The notes under the pieces are model-generated. The model was not told the DNA's origin. It saw only the letters and a list, made by a program, of their open reading frames with translations, and made no database searches. The position numbers were made by a program, and so were the translations under genes. From positions 33,110,001-33,174,000 of the forward strand of contig NC_045696.1 of the NCBI RefSeq assembly GCF_009834535.1: a stretch of 64,000 nt of DNA, read 5' to 3'. Within the stretch, counting starts at the first letter, position 1; every line of letters starts with the position of its first letter. Shown here in pieces: positions 12,500-25,850 of this stretch. Source of the stretch: Camelus ferus. Taxonomy: Eukaryota.

Positions 12500-13430
12500 C
12501 TTACCTATTTAATGGCATGAACAACCCCCAATGACCAACTCTTAGATTCCAAACTAGTGAAACTATTGTTGGGGCCCTGAGTAAAAAGTATTTCTCCCTT
12601 GGGTGATAAAATCTTGAAGTCCACAGAACCTGACTTCTTGGTGAAAAAGTCAAAAACATGATGGTATATAGTTGTGTATATACATGATGTCACTAACAGT
12701 TCCATCCATTGGTTCTGGGACCCATGCATGTTTACCGGTAGGAGAAACTGCGACTCTAATTGGTATCTGATTCCAGTCTCATCCTACAAGTTAGTATGTC
12801 GTTGCATCATTCAGTGAAACTGTTTCTAGATGGTAAAGTAGATAGTACCAGGTAATCCCAAAGGCATCAGCCTGTTGCCCTACTTTTACTTTAGCTATTA
12901 AAATGCTCTATGAGTGAGTCAGTACTATGTGAACTAGCATAAGATGGATAGTGTACAATGCGTGTGGCAAGTCTATTTTTAGAAGTGCTGGCAGTTATTT
13001 AAAGGTAGGGGCCATCCATCTCCACAATAAAGTCTATTCCAGGGAAGAAAAAAGTAGCTTTAACTTTTAATATAAAAGGAGCTTAGTATAATAAATGCTT
13101 CTAGATATGTTTCTTGAAGACATTGTCAAATGGGAACCAGAAGTTTGATTTATTTGTTGTTTGTTTGTTTTCATTGCTGGAAACATACAATCTAGATCAG
13201 AGAAGTCAAGTCAGTCTTAGTAGAGATCCAGTGACAGCCTCGATCTCCACTATCTTGGGCATTTTTATGAGTTTACAAAATGTCCAAAGATATCCGTGCA
13301 CTGGACTTGTTGATAAGGGTACTGATTTTTCATCCACAGAGTAGGTCATTGTATCTACTTGATTGCCAAGAGCCTGTAACATAGAGGGACTTCTCTGATG
13401 ATCTTTTACAAGGAATATGAACATCCTTAT
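12500..13430 (-). pseudogene. Decayed ERV-L pol remnant (RNase H C-terminus / integrase / dUTPase region)
   Basis: ORF peptides 'VKDHQRSPSMLQALGNQVDTMTYSVD' and 'HGSQNQWME...KILSPKGEIL' resemble ERV-L pol 'VNAHQRVTSAEEDFNNQVDRMTRSVD' and 'HGSRNQGVE...EVLVPEGGML', in the correct order. The frame is disrupted. Confidence 0.75.
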
Positions 13431-14384
13431 TGTCTGATTTCATTCCAAATGTACCGTTTCATGTTCACCCCTTCCTCTGGTAAGCAGAATGAGGTTCAGT
13501 ATAGGAATGACATGTTTATGCTCAGTTTTTGTCTATCTAGTTATTCTAGATAAACCAAATGTTTTAATTTACACTTACTTTTTAGGAATATAATTTCTGG
13601 TAGGTTTAAATATTTTTATTTTCTCAAAGTGGTACAATATACATTTTAATTATTTTAGCTTATACTTTTTTTTGTCTTGCTGTTTTTTTTTTTCCTGTTT
13701 ATTTATTTTTTAATTTAGTATACAGTTCTGGGGCTCTCTGTTTTAAACTTAATATCCGTATCCAAAAAGGGACTGAGCATCAGTAACTGGTAGGTAGCTT
13801 GAATCTCTCAGAGTATGAATCAGGACACATACATTTTTGAGGTTCTTTCTGATTGGAAACTTAAGCATGTAGGAATTGTTAACTGGAAAGTCTAACTCAG
13901 TGAGGGTGAGATTTCTGCATAATCTTGTCCACTTATACCTCATTCACTTCCATGAAGATAGGTTTCCTGGTAACTTCCTTTCCAGTATTCGTATTTGGAC
14001 TAAGTTTCCTAATGAGAGATTTCCTTTGCAAGCTAGACAGCAATTTTAGGGACACACACACAAAAAAAGATAAGCTACTCTACTGAAGTTTTTCTTATAG
14101 GTATAAAAAAAGTTAACACACAAATAACTAACAAAAATATGAAACACAAATGCAGGTGATGCATGGTTAAAAAATAAACAGTACAATAAGATCTATTTCA
14201 AGACTATAATTTCTTAGTAATCATTTTAATGAAATATCAATAAAAATGATGGTGGATTTGAATAGATTTCTATTTCATTTGAAAAATGTAAAAAACAAAT
14301 ATGTAGTGTGAAATTTTCATGGATTTAATAACTCTCTGAACTTAGCCCACATTCTTGGTTAATACTAATTGCCAATTTGATAGG

Positions 14385-15020
14385 GTTTATTTTATTTATT
14401 AAACTATAGTTAATTTACAATATTGTGTTAGTTTCAGGGGTATAGCTTCAGATTATTTTCCATTATAGGTTATTACAAGATATTGAATATAGTTCCCTGT
14501 GCTATACAGTAGGTATTTGTTGTTTATTTTATACATGGTAGTGTGTGTCTGTTAATCCTATACTCCTAATGTATCCCTCCGTCCACCACTTTCCCCTTTG
14601 GTAACCATAAGTTTGTTTTCTATGTCTGTGAGTCTGTTTCTGTTTTGTAAATAAGTTGATTTATATTGTATTTTTTAATTCCCCATAAGTGTGGTATGTG
14701 ATATTTGTCTTTCTCTGCCTGACTTATTTCACTTAATATGATAATCTCTAGGTCCATCATGTTACTGCAAATGGCAATACTTCATTCTTTTTTATGGCTG
14801 AGTTATATTCCATTTTGTGTGTGTGTGTGTGTGTGTATGTTTGTGTGTGTCTGTATATGTGTGTGTATATATATATACTGCATTTTCTTTATCCATTTAT
14901 CTGTTGATGGTCACTTAGATTGTTTCCATATCTTGGCTGTTGTGAATAGAACTGCTTTGAACATTGGTGTGTGCAAATCTTTTTGAATTAGAGTTTTCAT
15001 CTTTTCTAGATATATACCCA
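14385..15020 (-). mobile_element. 5'-truncated LINE-1 3' end with an internal (GT)n microsatellite
   Basis: Cetartiodactyl-type L1 3'UTR 'ttacaatattgtgttagtttcagg...gttccctgtgctatacagtagg'. (GT)n lies at about 14816-14866. Confidence 0.92.
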
Positions 15021-16364
15021 GTTTGGATGAGGAATTTTAAATGTAGCACTTAGAGTCTTTTATCTTTAAAAGCAGAAGTCTGTTTATCTCCTATAGAGGA
15101 CAACTTTTCTTGCCACCTAACTCATGAAAGAAAGAACATATTATAAATCAACGTGTGTCTTATATCTCTTGAGGAAGCATTTCTGCAGGCTTCATAAGAC
15201 CTTTAGTGGAAAAGATTCTAACCATAAATATTTGTACTTGAGGGTTGTATAACTTGAAGCATAACTTAAACCTCTTGAGGTCTCTGAAGCCAAACACTGA
15301 TTTTGTTTTGCTCAGCCATTTGAAGTGCATTTTTCAATGGTCCAGTGGGCCCTTGATGGGTGATAAAATAGTGTTTTATATCACACCAATCAAGCCCCCT
15401 AGAGTTAACAGGTAAGGGGGAAGGCTAAGGATAAACACTAACTTGTCAAAACTTCAATCCTCAGTCTTACTTTTCTCATCCTCTGCAACAGTACAGACTT
15501 GGCTATTGTCTTACTTGACAGCTAGTTAGGTAATTGCCAGCCATTAAGGTAGTCCTTGTCACCATAAATTAAAGGTTAGAATGAGTCATTAAAATACATC
15601 AAATACAGTATATGCAGTTCTTATGAGGTTTAGCACATAGAAGACCCTACAAACTCTGTAACTTCTAACTGAGAGGACTTCTGAGAGGGGACTGAGTAGA
15701 TTCTGGGCAACACTCCCACCTCTACCAAGCCTTCATACCTTACATTTAAAACACATAGCAGTAAAAATGTAATGCTGTCAATGAAAAGATGTAGCTGAAA
15801 AGAGAAAAAGAGAAAAGAAAGAGAAATCTGCAGGTACTAAAAGGGACTTTCTAGCTGTGGCAGTAAAATGGAAGTTGAAGCTGTATGACTGGCTGAGATA
15901 CTGGGGCTGGTACAGGCCTGAGAGCCTGGGGTGTTAATGTACTTAGAGGGTCCAGCGTTGTAATTTTAAGCCCTGCTATGGCAGAGCTGTGTCTGGCCCA
16001 GCCTAATAAAGCCAGTAGCTTGAAAAGCAATGTATACTCACTGAAGCTTCCACCTGCTGGTTAAATTGTACCTATGAGGAAAATTGGATCTGAGCTATGG
16101 CCATTTGAGGAAGTGAGTCCCCATTTCACAATATGTGTGCAACTGGGTTGAGATTCTTTTGATCAGATGGAAAGGTTTCATAACTCATCCATGGGGAGGG
16201 AGTTTTTAGTGGGTTTTTAAGCTTTATTTCTTTTTTTTTTTTTATTTTAATTGTGTTTACCGGTGCTCTTTTGGTTTAAAACAATGTGAAGGGACTATCC
16301 TAGAAAAGTGTGCCACTCAGGATACAGTGAGAACAGTGACCCACACTGAGTGGAGTCAGACCTA

Positions 16365-16650
16365 TATCTACTCAGAAACCATCTCCTCAGAGGAGATTTT
16401 CCTGCCTGCTCTGCACAACAGTGCAGCGCCACCTCATTCTCTGCCCTTCACCATGTGGTATTTTCTGATTTATCTCCACCTGACATATTTCACATTTCTT
16501 TGTGTTTTTAACTCTCTTTCCTCATTAAAATATAAGCTTCATACGTCAGTGTATTGCTGGTTTTGTACTTTGCTGTATATTCAGAACCTAGAAACTGTAT
16601 CTGGCATGCAGTATCACTCAATAAATACTTGTTGAAATTGCTGAATGAAA
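16365..16650 (+). mobile_element. L2 3' end
   Basis: 'cctagaaactgtatctggcatgcagtatcactcaataaatacttgttgaa' is an L2a-type terminus. Confidence 0.8.
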
Positions 16651-16799
16651 GTTTGAGCATAAGTAGACAATAAATATGACAAGTCTTGCCCACAGATTTA
16701 AACATGAGTTGCAGAATTGTTTGAATCAAAGAACAACATAATACTGAAAATTTGTAGCTCTCTCTGTTTTTCTATATGTAAGCTATTGTGTATTATTTG

Positions 16800-17420
16800 G
16801 TAACAGAAAGTGGCAAGATCTGGGGAATAGGTGCAAAAATGACCTGGAAAATTACATAAATTAGATATAAAATGAAATTGGCTTTTTATTGGCCATTTTC
16901 AAGTATTAGTCACCAAGTATGAGTTCCCATGTCACACTGAGAGCTGAGAATAGTCAAAAGAAGCAGGTGAGAAGCTTTTGCTAAGGAAAAAAATGATCTA
17001 GGTGCTAATATCCAAAATCGCATCACACCTTGCTAAGGGCAGAGCAGTTGGTGATACCCAGTTTTGAAGTCAGCTCATCTATTGATGGAATCAACATTTG
17101 AAGTTAATTTATCAAGCACATAGCTGGATAGAGGTCTACCAACCTCACCTCAGGGATGGATTAAAGCAGTACATGAAATAGCTCAAGATGGTAGAATATA
17201 GCAGGACATTTTCAGAATTTAAACAACCAAGATCTCTTCCCATTGGAATATTACAATCTACAGCAGCAATCAAGAACATTAGTGGAAACAATATGGCATT
17301 AAAGCATATCAAAATATCAAGAGGAACAAAAATTAAATGTATTAATTATCATTGTGGTCAGTGTCCACATCGTACCTGGCTCTGTAAGAACACAAAGTGA
17401 CTGCCAAGGATGCCATGATG
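16800..17420 (+). mobile_element. Possible very old RTE-clade (L4-like) LINE remnant
   Basis: Patchy similarity to L4 3' ORF sequence ('gggatggattaaagcag...atagctcaagatggt') and a Cys/His-rich terminal peptide 'HCGQCPH'. The match is weak. Confidence 0.3.
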
Positions 17421-18156
17421 ATGCCTTTCACCTCTGTCATGGGGCTGCCACTGTTTACTGCTCTGGACTGATCGTCTAAAGTGTCCTCATTAAGACTATA
17501 TCATCATCTTGTCAGTAGACATTTTACCAGTGTCTGATCTTTTCCTGGAATGTATTTGCTCAGTTTAGATTTGAAAACAATGCAGTTAATCACAACATAA
17601 GTAATTTGTATAGGCTTGCTCGAGGTAAGATCCTGGTAGGAGACAGGATTTAAAAGTTTTTTTTCCTATATCTTTTCACTACAGAATTAATTTTAATCAC
17701 AATTTACATAATATTTAAGTTAATATTCGTATTATACCCATATTTATTGTTTACTCAAAGTTTTTTTTAGTTATACAGACTTTTCATTCCGTGCTCCCCC
17801 CCACACACACTTTTTACTTTTGTTTAGTCTTGAGATCTGTTTGATGTAATTGTCCCTAATGGTACCTTTTGCATCTAATAAACCTCTTCCTCCTCCTTCT
17901 TCATCACTTAAAGCATTTTCATTATTAAAATGTGTAATCTACTTAGTTTTACCAGCCATCCTTTTATTATTACTTATTTGAAATATCTGCATTTTTATTC
18001 AGCTCAAATTAAGGACCACAATCAATTTATCCTAAATTGTCTTCATACAAAATGTTAGGAAAGCCTGAAACACAGTTGGGGGGAAAGTCAAAAGTAGTGT
18101 CTCTCAGAAATTTCTGTTTTCCAAGAATTCTGAACTTAGAGTGTCACACCCTAAAA

Positions 18157-18318
18157 TAGTGAGTCTCAGAGTGTGAATCCAGGGTTAAGGGCACCAGAAT
18201 CACCCATGAACTTGTGGACAGTGTCATGTCTGGGGTCTAATTGCTGGCACACTGACGTGGAGTCTCTGGAGAGGGAGCCTATGGCAATTTTAACGCACAC
18301 AGTATTTTGAGAACTTGG
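18157..18318. mobile_element. MER5A hAT-Charlie MITE
   Basis: 'gtctcagagtgtg...caccagaatcacc...gagtctctggag...ttttgagaac'. Confidence 0.65.
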
Positions 18319-19583
18319 GTCCAGGAGCCCCAGAAACTTCACAGACAGAAAAAGTAAATGAGATAAGAATGATCATTTGAAGTGTGATTTGAAGTTTTTG
18401 TTTTTTCAAAGATCTCTATAGAAGAAAAATTGAGTAAAGAGATATATGTTTAGTGTTCACAGCCTCCCATAGCAGGATAATAATTCAAGTCCCAACCAGG
18501 TGTACAGATACCACCCATTACAATCTGAATTCACCAGGCCTTATGACAAGGAGACCCGTGTGAATGTAAATAGATCGATCATTCAGTAAGCCTGGCATCA
18601 TGGAGATGCGCTGGGATTTATGATACTCTAAGATATCACAAGTGGTTAAGAATAGGAGGTATTGTTAAATCACACATGGTAATTAATGATCAGTGGGTAT
18701 TTTGTTAGGTATTCTGTAGCTATTTCAAAGTATATGAATCTTACCCCCAAAATCTTAAATATGTATGAAAAACTTATCTTTCATAAATGAAGCAAAGTTT
18801 ATAATAGAGTTTAGTCTTTAAACTTTAGACATTTCATTGATTAAAGAGTCTCGAAACATTTTTGAAAGATGGTGTGGTGGAATTAAAAACACCCAAATGT
18901 GGCATTGAAGTGGGAGGATGTTATTATTCATTCATGACTGAAGGAATCCCACAAATTATGATAATTGAAAGTGGCTTTGAAATATGTCTTGGGAGTTTAG
19001 CTTTCTCCTAGGGAAATTAATGCCTTATTTGTTCCCATAGAGCTGTGGGACATGGGATCTGGTCTTATTAATTGTGACATTATTTACTAAATGCATGTGT
19101 TTTCATAGACATGATAGAAGTGCCTGAGTGCATAGTTAATCTTAGCTACATAGGGTTTTCAGAAATTTCAAGGATTATTCTGAGTATATGGCTCTGGTCA
19201 TAGCCAAACCAAATACATGGAAAGTATGAGGACAAACTATAGATGCATATATTTATTTCTTGAGAGCCCTCACATGTTCAATTTAAAATATTTACAGCTC
19301 AAACTCTGAAGGCTAAATTCCATTAATGAAGTTGGTTTTTTGGAAAAAAAGGGTATGGTGTTGCCTCAGAATGTGACTTAGCAGGAAACTCAGGAACCAT
19401 GTTTTCTATCTCTGTGCCAAGAATTAGCTCATAATGTTGACCATGCCAAAAACTAAAGAAAGCCAGCAGCTTCCCCCCAGCCAAATCTTCCACCTGATTT
19501 TTTTCTTTTCCTTTTAATATCCCTTTGCAGTTTATAAGTAGCAATAACTATACTTAGGGCATATTTTTAATCAACTTCATCAT

Positions 19584-19639
19584 TGAGCTCAGTAAATTCA
19601 TATGGCATTGATGAGCTCAGTAAATTCAGATGGCGTTGA
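19584..19639 (+). repeat. 28-bp direct tandem duplication
   Basis: TGAGCTCAGTAAATTCATATGGCATTGA followed by TGAGCTCAGTAAATTCAGATGGCGTTGA (2 mismatches). Confidence 0.95.
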
Positions 19640-19689
19640 ATCAAAGTTAAAAAAAAAAAGTACATGAGATTTGAAAAACTACTTTGTTC

Positions 19690-19880
19690 TTCAACTTTAT
19701 TGAGTATCTACTATGTACCAGGTACTAAGCTAAGTATTGAGGTAAAAATATAAAAAACACAATCCTTGCAACCATCTAATGATGGCAAAAGATGTTATAA
19801 CTAGCGGAATATCAGTGGAAAAGTAAAAGAAGACATTTCAGGTAAAATCCAAAGGATGTATAGAAACCAAGGAAAGACAG
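19690..19880 (-). mobile_element. L2 3' fragment
   Basis: 'tttattgagtatctactatgtaccaggtactaagctaagtattgagg'. Confidence 0.7.
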
Positions 19881-22274
19881 GAAGCTAGTACATCGCAGTG
19901 AGGGCAGTAGCATGTGTGTAGACAATTATGCATGTAAATCATGAGGCATTTATGAGAATTCAGTTCTGGGTATACATTCTGTCATAGTCTTAGCACCCAC
20001 CAAAATGAACAGATGCCGTTAGTATTTTATAAGTGCCTGGAAAAAAAAGTTAAAGTTAAGGCAGCCTGATTGTACAGCCCATACAAAAATAGGTGTTTAC
20101 TATTAATTTTTAATACTCAATAAATATTTATTAAATATTAAAGCATTTAATAAATTGGAAACCATGGTCAGAATTTTATTAACTAGATTGTTAAATCCTA
20201 AGGTAGAAGAATCTGGTGCCTCATACTACTAAATTTATTTAGGATAAGTATCTTAGTTATTTTGTATAGGTTTACCATATTCTGGGAGCTTTTTAAGAGA
20301 AATAATCATGGAGGTCAAGGCATTATTTTAATCTTTGTTCTTCAGCTATACACACACATACACATACATACATAGACAAACACACATACTCTATATGGAA
20401 CACAGCTAGCATAATATATGAATCAAATAACTTTTTGAACCTAAATATTAGATAACATCTAATGAACAGAGTATGAGATGTTTCACAGAAGTCTAAAATA
20501 CATAGTGTGAAGATAGAGAGAAGTTACAAAATAGGAAGTAGAAAGGGAAAGGCTAGCCAAAGGTGTGAGTAAGACCAGAGTTGAAAAGAAGAAACAAATA
20601 TATATATGATCCTTGGAATTTGCAAATGTTTCTAAGGGCTTTGGATGTAGGTTGGCTGACTTGATTTATATTATCAAAAAAATGTTTGTAAACTTGCTAT
20701 TTAATAACCTTAGCCTTACAGACTTGAAATAAATTATTTTATGGCATACATATATAAAAGTTACATTATTTCATAAAATGTATCCATAACCATTTATATC
20801 AGATATAGGTATCTGTTTATAACAAGCAATTAACAACTATACAATAAGGCTGATACTCTGCTACTCAGGACTTTCTATTTACCCTCTCCCTTATTGTAAA
20901 AGCACCTTCCAGAAGCAGTGAATTTCACTTGTGAGGATCGAATATTTTAATAATGGCGTTTGATGATGTTCACAAAAATGGATGTTTGCATGATTTGAAA
21001 AGATAATCAGTCTCATAGCTGGGTCACGTTTGTATTGATGACCAGGAAGTATCTGAATATCTCCTATTTTGAGACCAATTTTATAGGAGTCTGTCGAGAA
21101 CACAGGAAGAAAATAAAATAACAGCCAAGGGAGATGACCAAGGCGTTGTCCTACATAATTTCAGCATATGTTGCAACAGTAAATTCTATTCACTGTCTTG
21201 AATAACATTTCAAATGTCCCTTATTTTACCTTCATACTTGTCACTAGCATTTATAAATATTCAATTTATCTAAAAAACTACTTTGACCCTCTTAAGCTAG
21301 CCTCTGTTTTTACCGTTTTTTCAAGTTAGTATCATTACTTTATATATAGTAAACTTATCCCTTCCTTGTAAGACTGTGGTTTATTTTCATTTAGCCTCTC
21401 AAGTTTCATAACATGATGATACTCTGTATGTTCCTTAAATACAGTTTTGCTCCCTTTTGTCCTGAAGAAGAAAGCACTCTCATAAACTGTCCTCTGTTCT
21501 CATTTGAGTTTAAACCCAATTGCAAAGTGGATTAAAAGACCAAACAGATAAAATTAACCTAATCTTCAGCATTCTGGATTTATTGTGATTTAGAGACAAA
21601 TTAAGCCAGAAATGTAATGATGACAAGAATTTTACACAATTCATATAGTTGAGTGTTTCTAAATGAACTTTATGGAAATACTTTAAATGCTTATTTCTTT
21701 GGTTTCCTTTTATAAAGGAAAATATGTATTAATTTAGGTATTTAGCTATTAAAATATGTATTTAATATGTGTTAATTTACATACTTAGCTATTCAAGGAA
21801 CATGCAACCTTAAAAATGCATTTGTTCTCCTGTCTGAAAATATATATTAAAGGATAAAAATCAGTTAAATATTTAAAATCGTACTCTTTATGTTTGAGTG
21901 TATAATTCTTTCTTTATAAAATTACTAATTAGATATATAGGAAAATAGACTATTGATAAAAGGAAAAAGATAAAGTTGCCACTTAGCTATTTATTTTAAA
22001 GCTATTTTAATCCTTATTTTCTTCTTTTAAGATATAAAGAAAACAAGAGGAAAGAGCTGTAACTAATTTGTTGGGTTCATACTATTATTTGTTAGGGACT
22101 ATGCTGACAGCTTTGAAATATGTCATTAAATATGTAAAATTATCAACTGTAGTGAAGACAGTAATTCCTACTTGAAAACAGGCTCAGAAAGTTACATCAC
22201 TTCAAAGACACACAGTTGGCATGTGATGGATTAAGAAGAGCATATAAAACATAATGGCTTTTGCTGCTTTTATA

Positions 22275-23565
22275 AAATATAGTATTGAAAGTTCCAGCCA
22301 GAGCAATTAAGCAATGAAGAAAGGAAGGAAAGAAGGAAGGAAAAAAGGGAAAGAATTAAGCAATTAAATAAAATCATAGTAATTGGAAAGGAGGAAGGAC
22401 AATTTTCTCTGCACGTGACATGAACTTAAATGTAGAAAACCCTAATGAGTCCACACACACACACACACAAACTGTTTAGTGAATAAATTCAGCAACATTT
22501 CAGAATACAAATTCAATGTACAAAAATCAGTTAAGTTTTTATACACTGACAATGAACAATCCAAAAAGTAAAATAAGAAAATGGTCCATTTACAAAAGCA
22601 TCAAAATGAATAAAATACTTAGGTTAACTTAGCCAAGGAAGCTAAACTGGTACACTGAAATGACAAAATGTTGCTGAAAGAAAGTACAAATGTATGGAAA
22701 GATACGTGTTTATGAATTGGAAGACATAATATTGCTAAGATGTTAATGCCACCCAAAGCAATCTACAGGTTGAATGCAATCCCTTTCAAAGTTCCAGTGA
22801 TGCCTTTTCGCATAAATAGAAAAACCCATCCTAAAATTTGTATCTTGAAGGATTGTAAATAGACAAAACAATCTTGAAAATGAACAAAGTTGGAGGAGTC
22901 GTGATCTGATTTTAAAACTTACTTTGAATCTGCAGTGTTCAAAAGAGTGTGTTACTGTCATAAAGGTAGACATATAGACCAATAGAATAGAATAGAGAGC
23001 TGAGAAATAAACTTTTACATACATGAACAAATGATCTCCAACCATGTATTCAAATCAAGGAGTTGAAAGCAAGTTGTCAAACAGATCTTTGCACACCATG
23101 TTCATAGCAGCATTTTTCACAATACTCAAAGGGTGAAAATAAACCAAATGTCAACTGGAGGTTGGATGGATAAGCAAAATGTAGCTTATACATACAATGG
23201 AGTATAACAACCTTTATAAAAAGTGAAGTTCTGATATATGCTACAGCATGGGTGAACCTTCAGAACATTATGCTGACTGAAATAGGCTAGACATAAAAGA
23301 ATAAATGTTACGTGATTTTACTAGAATAATCCATTCATAGAGACATAAAATAGAATGGTGGTAACCAGTGGCTGGAGGCAGAAAGGAATGGGGGTTACTG
23401 TTTAATGGGCACAGCTTCAGTTTGGGATGATGAAAAGCTATGGAGTTGGTAGTGATGATGGTTGCATAAGAATGTGAATGTATTTAATGCTACTGAGTTG
23501 TTCACCTAAAAATGGCTAAATTGGTAAATTTTATGTCATGTATATTTACTACAATTTTTTTTTTA
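22275..23565 (+). mobile_element. LINE-1 (L1MB-like) ORF2 RT region plus 3'UTR, with internal deletion near 23040
   Basis: Contains 'gccagagcaattaagcaa', 'cccaaagcaatctacaggttgaatgcaatccc' and an L1MB-type 3'UTR 'tttgggatgatgaaaag...ggtaaattttatg'. It carries (GGAA)n and (CA)n tracts. Confidence 0.9.
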
Positions 23566-25689
23566 AGTATGGGAGGAGAAGATCTATTTAAACGATTGAT
23601 AACCTGCAGTTATGATAAAGGAAGGAGGAGATTATGCTAATATTTGTAGTGATACACTGTTAGCTGGGATGCCTTCTAGGTTCTTTATGTAGATTTTTTT
23701 TGTCACATAATTGTCATATAATCTACACTACTTATTTTGCCTGCCTTTTTTTTTTTTTTTTTTTTTTTTTGGTGGAGGATGTTGAAACTCTCACTTTGAC
23801 TCAAAATTACATTGCACATAAGTAGCAAAGACAAGATTTAAAAGGCTGCTTCTCTGCTCCCAAATTCAGTCCTTCCCAGTATACTTTTGACAACCTTAAA
23901 GGATATATTTTCCTCCCTTCAACAATGAAGGAATTTTGTCTACTTAAATTCTGTTAATTAGCATATAAAATGGTTTATAAGTCATAATAAATTAGTGCCA
24001 TCGTGACCAACTAAATTTTCACAGGCAAAGAGATGATCATTATTTATGATTGTTAGTTTTATTTCCATTATATGTACTCAGTAATTATAGAAAATTTGTC
24101 ATGTGTTAAAACTATGATAACACATATTTAAATATATTAATTTACATATATTTAAAGATCATTGTTATTATAACAGACATAAGAATATTGCAAGATGTTA
24201 CTATAATTTGACCCCTTATGTCTGCTGGAAACATACACAATAACACCAAGCATACAAAGTTATAGGGGAAAGCATTTTTGGTAAATGCATTATTTTTATA
24301 AATGTATACTATATTTGATTTACCAATTGAGTACTTGAGAATGATTAAACAAAGTCTGTCTTGTCACTATTAACAAAGAAATACAAGGTTATAATCCATT
24401 GAGTAAGAAATAATAAATGGTGATGACCATGAATTTCTAAGTGGAATGGTAGAATGTAATTCATATTTATAAATATATGGGAACCAATATATGTTCATTA
24501 TAAGTCACTTTCTAAAAAAGTTACTTAGTCTGAATACCCTGTTTCTTAGAAGATTGTGACAAAATAGGGTATCAGGGAAAAGAGGAAATTTCTTAAAAGG
24601 TAACATAGAAGATTACATTTAAAAAATAATTTTTAGGAAATGTCTCCTAGCTTTAATAAGACCTTTTATTTTCAGATGGGTACGATTCAGTTTTTTTCTC
24701 AAATTGACAAGTGGATCAGAAGGGTATTTGTGGGTAATTCTTAATTTTTTACACAGGGAATTATGTAGTAGTAAAGATGATAGTTACTTTTGAAAATAAG
24801 TAAAAATAATGTCTATATTAAATTCTTGAATGTTCCATCCTTTTAAGCTATATGCTACCTTTTATTTTCAAATGCACTTATATATAAATATAACTGGATA
24901 TGTATTCTCAGAGAAACCTGCTGAAAAAGTGAGTCTTAAAACAAATTTAGGAAGAATTTTAATCAGTTATATTTACCAAAACCATCATCAACAGACCAAT
25001 CGAGCAGAACTGGGCTTCACTGTCTTTTTAAACTCTGGTTAAGAATCAAGACAAAAGAAAAGCAGAGCATTTCAGTTCCTCCTGATGCGAAGCAACTGTA
25101 CCAGTTTTTGTTCCGTTTCCTCATCTTGCTGGAGACAAGGTCTTCAATCATTTGCTAAATTTTCTTAGGATCTTATTGGTTGTTAAACATTGTTTCATTT
25201 TGTGTAAAAGACTGAATTAACAGAGGGACTAAAATGATATTAAAAATAAACAAAAACAATAATCAGAGACTTGAGTTTGACATAAAATCTTAGTTTAACA
25301 GGGTGGATGACAAAGAATGTATTAGATAGCATAAGATTTTTTTTCCTCCTTAGCAGAGAAGTCCTCCTAAAATATTGATACTGTGAAGTGTTTATGTAAT
25401 GTGCACAAAATAAAATCTCTTTGCTAGATAATGATTTTTCTTTTTAAAGTTATGAGACATCTCTTGACAATTCTCTTATTAGTTACATGTAGAATTGGAA
25501 TTCTTTTATCTGGAACTTGGGAATAAAAATGAAAAAAATCAAATGTATTTTCTAAGAAGTCAGGTAAGTAAAATGGAGGAAGGAACAAAGAGGATGGTAA
25601 AACCCAAGGACAGCAGAATGATCTGGGAAAATGAAAACAAAGTGGGAAGTAGCAAAGAAATGGAGAATTGCATTTCAACAAGTATTAAA

Positions 25690-25850
25690 GTTTTAATTAT
25701 ACCAGATGAATAAGTTCTAGAGCTCTGCCATGCATTGTGTCTGTAGCCAACAGACTGTACTGTGCATTTAAAAATTTGTTAAGAGTGTACATATCACATT
25801 AAGTGTTCTTACAAGGACGGCACCAATAATAATGACAATAATAAAAGAAG
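25690..25850 (+). mobile_element. Short L1MA-type 3' end
   Basis: 'gatgaataagttctagagctctg...aaaatttgttaagagtgtacatatcacattaagtgttctt'. Confidence 0.75.

Noticed and set aside
15660..16360. Possible L1/HAL1 5' fragment or promoter
   Set aside because: It is slightly GC-richer but has no diagnostic motif I can support.
24661..24745. Plus-strand acceptor followed by ATG (MGTIQFFSQ...)
   Set aside because: The donors are weak, there is an early stop and the peptide is unrecognised. Such motifs are common in AT-rich DNA.
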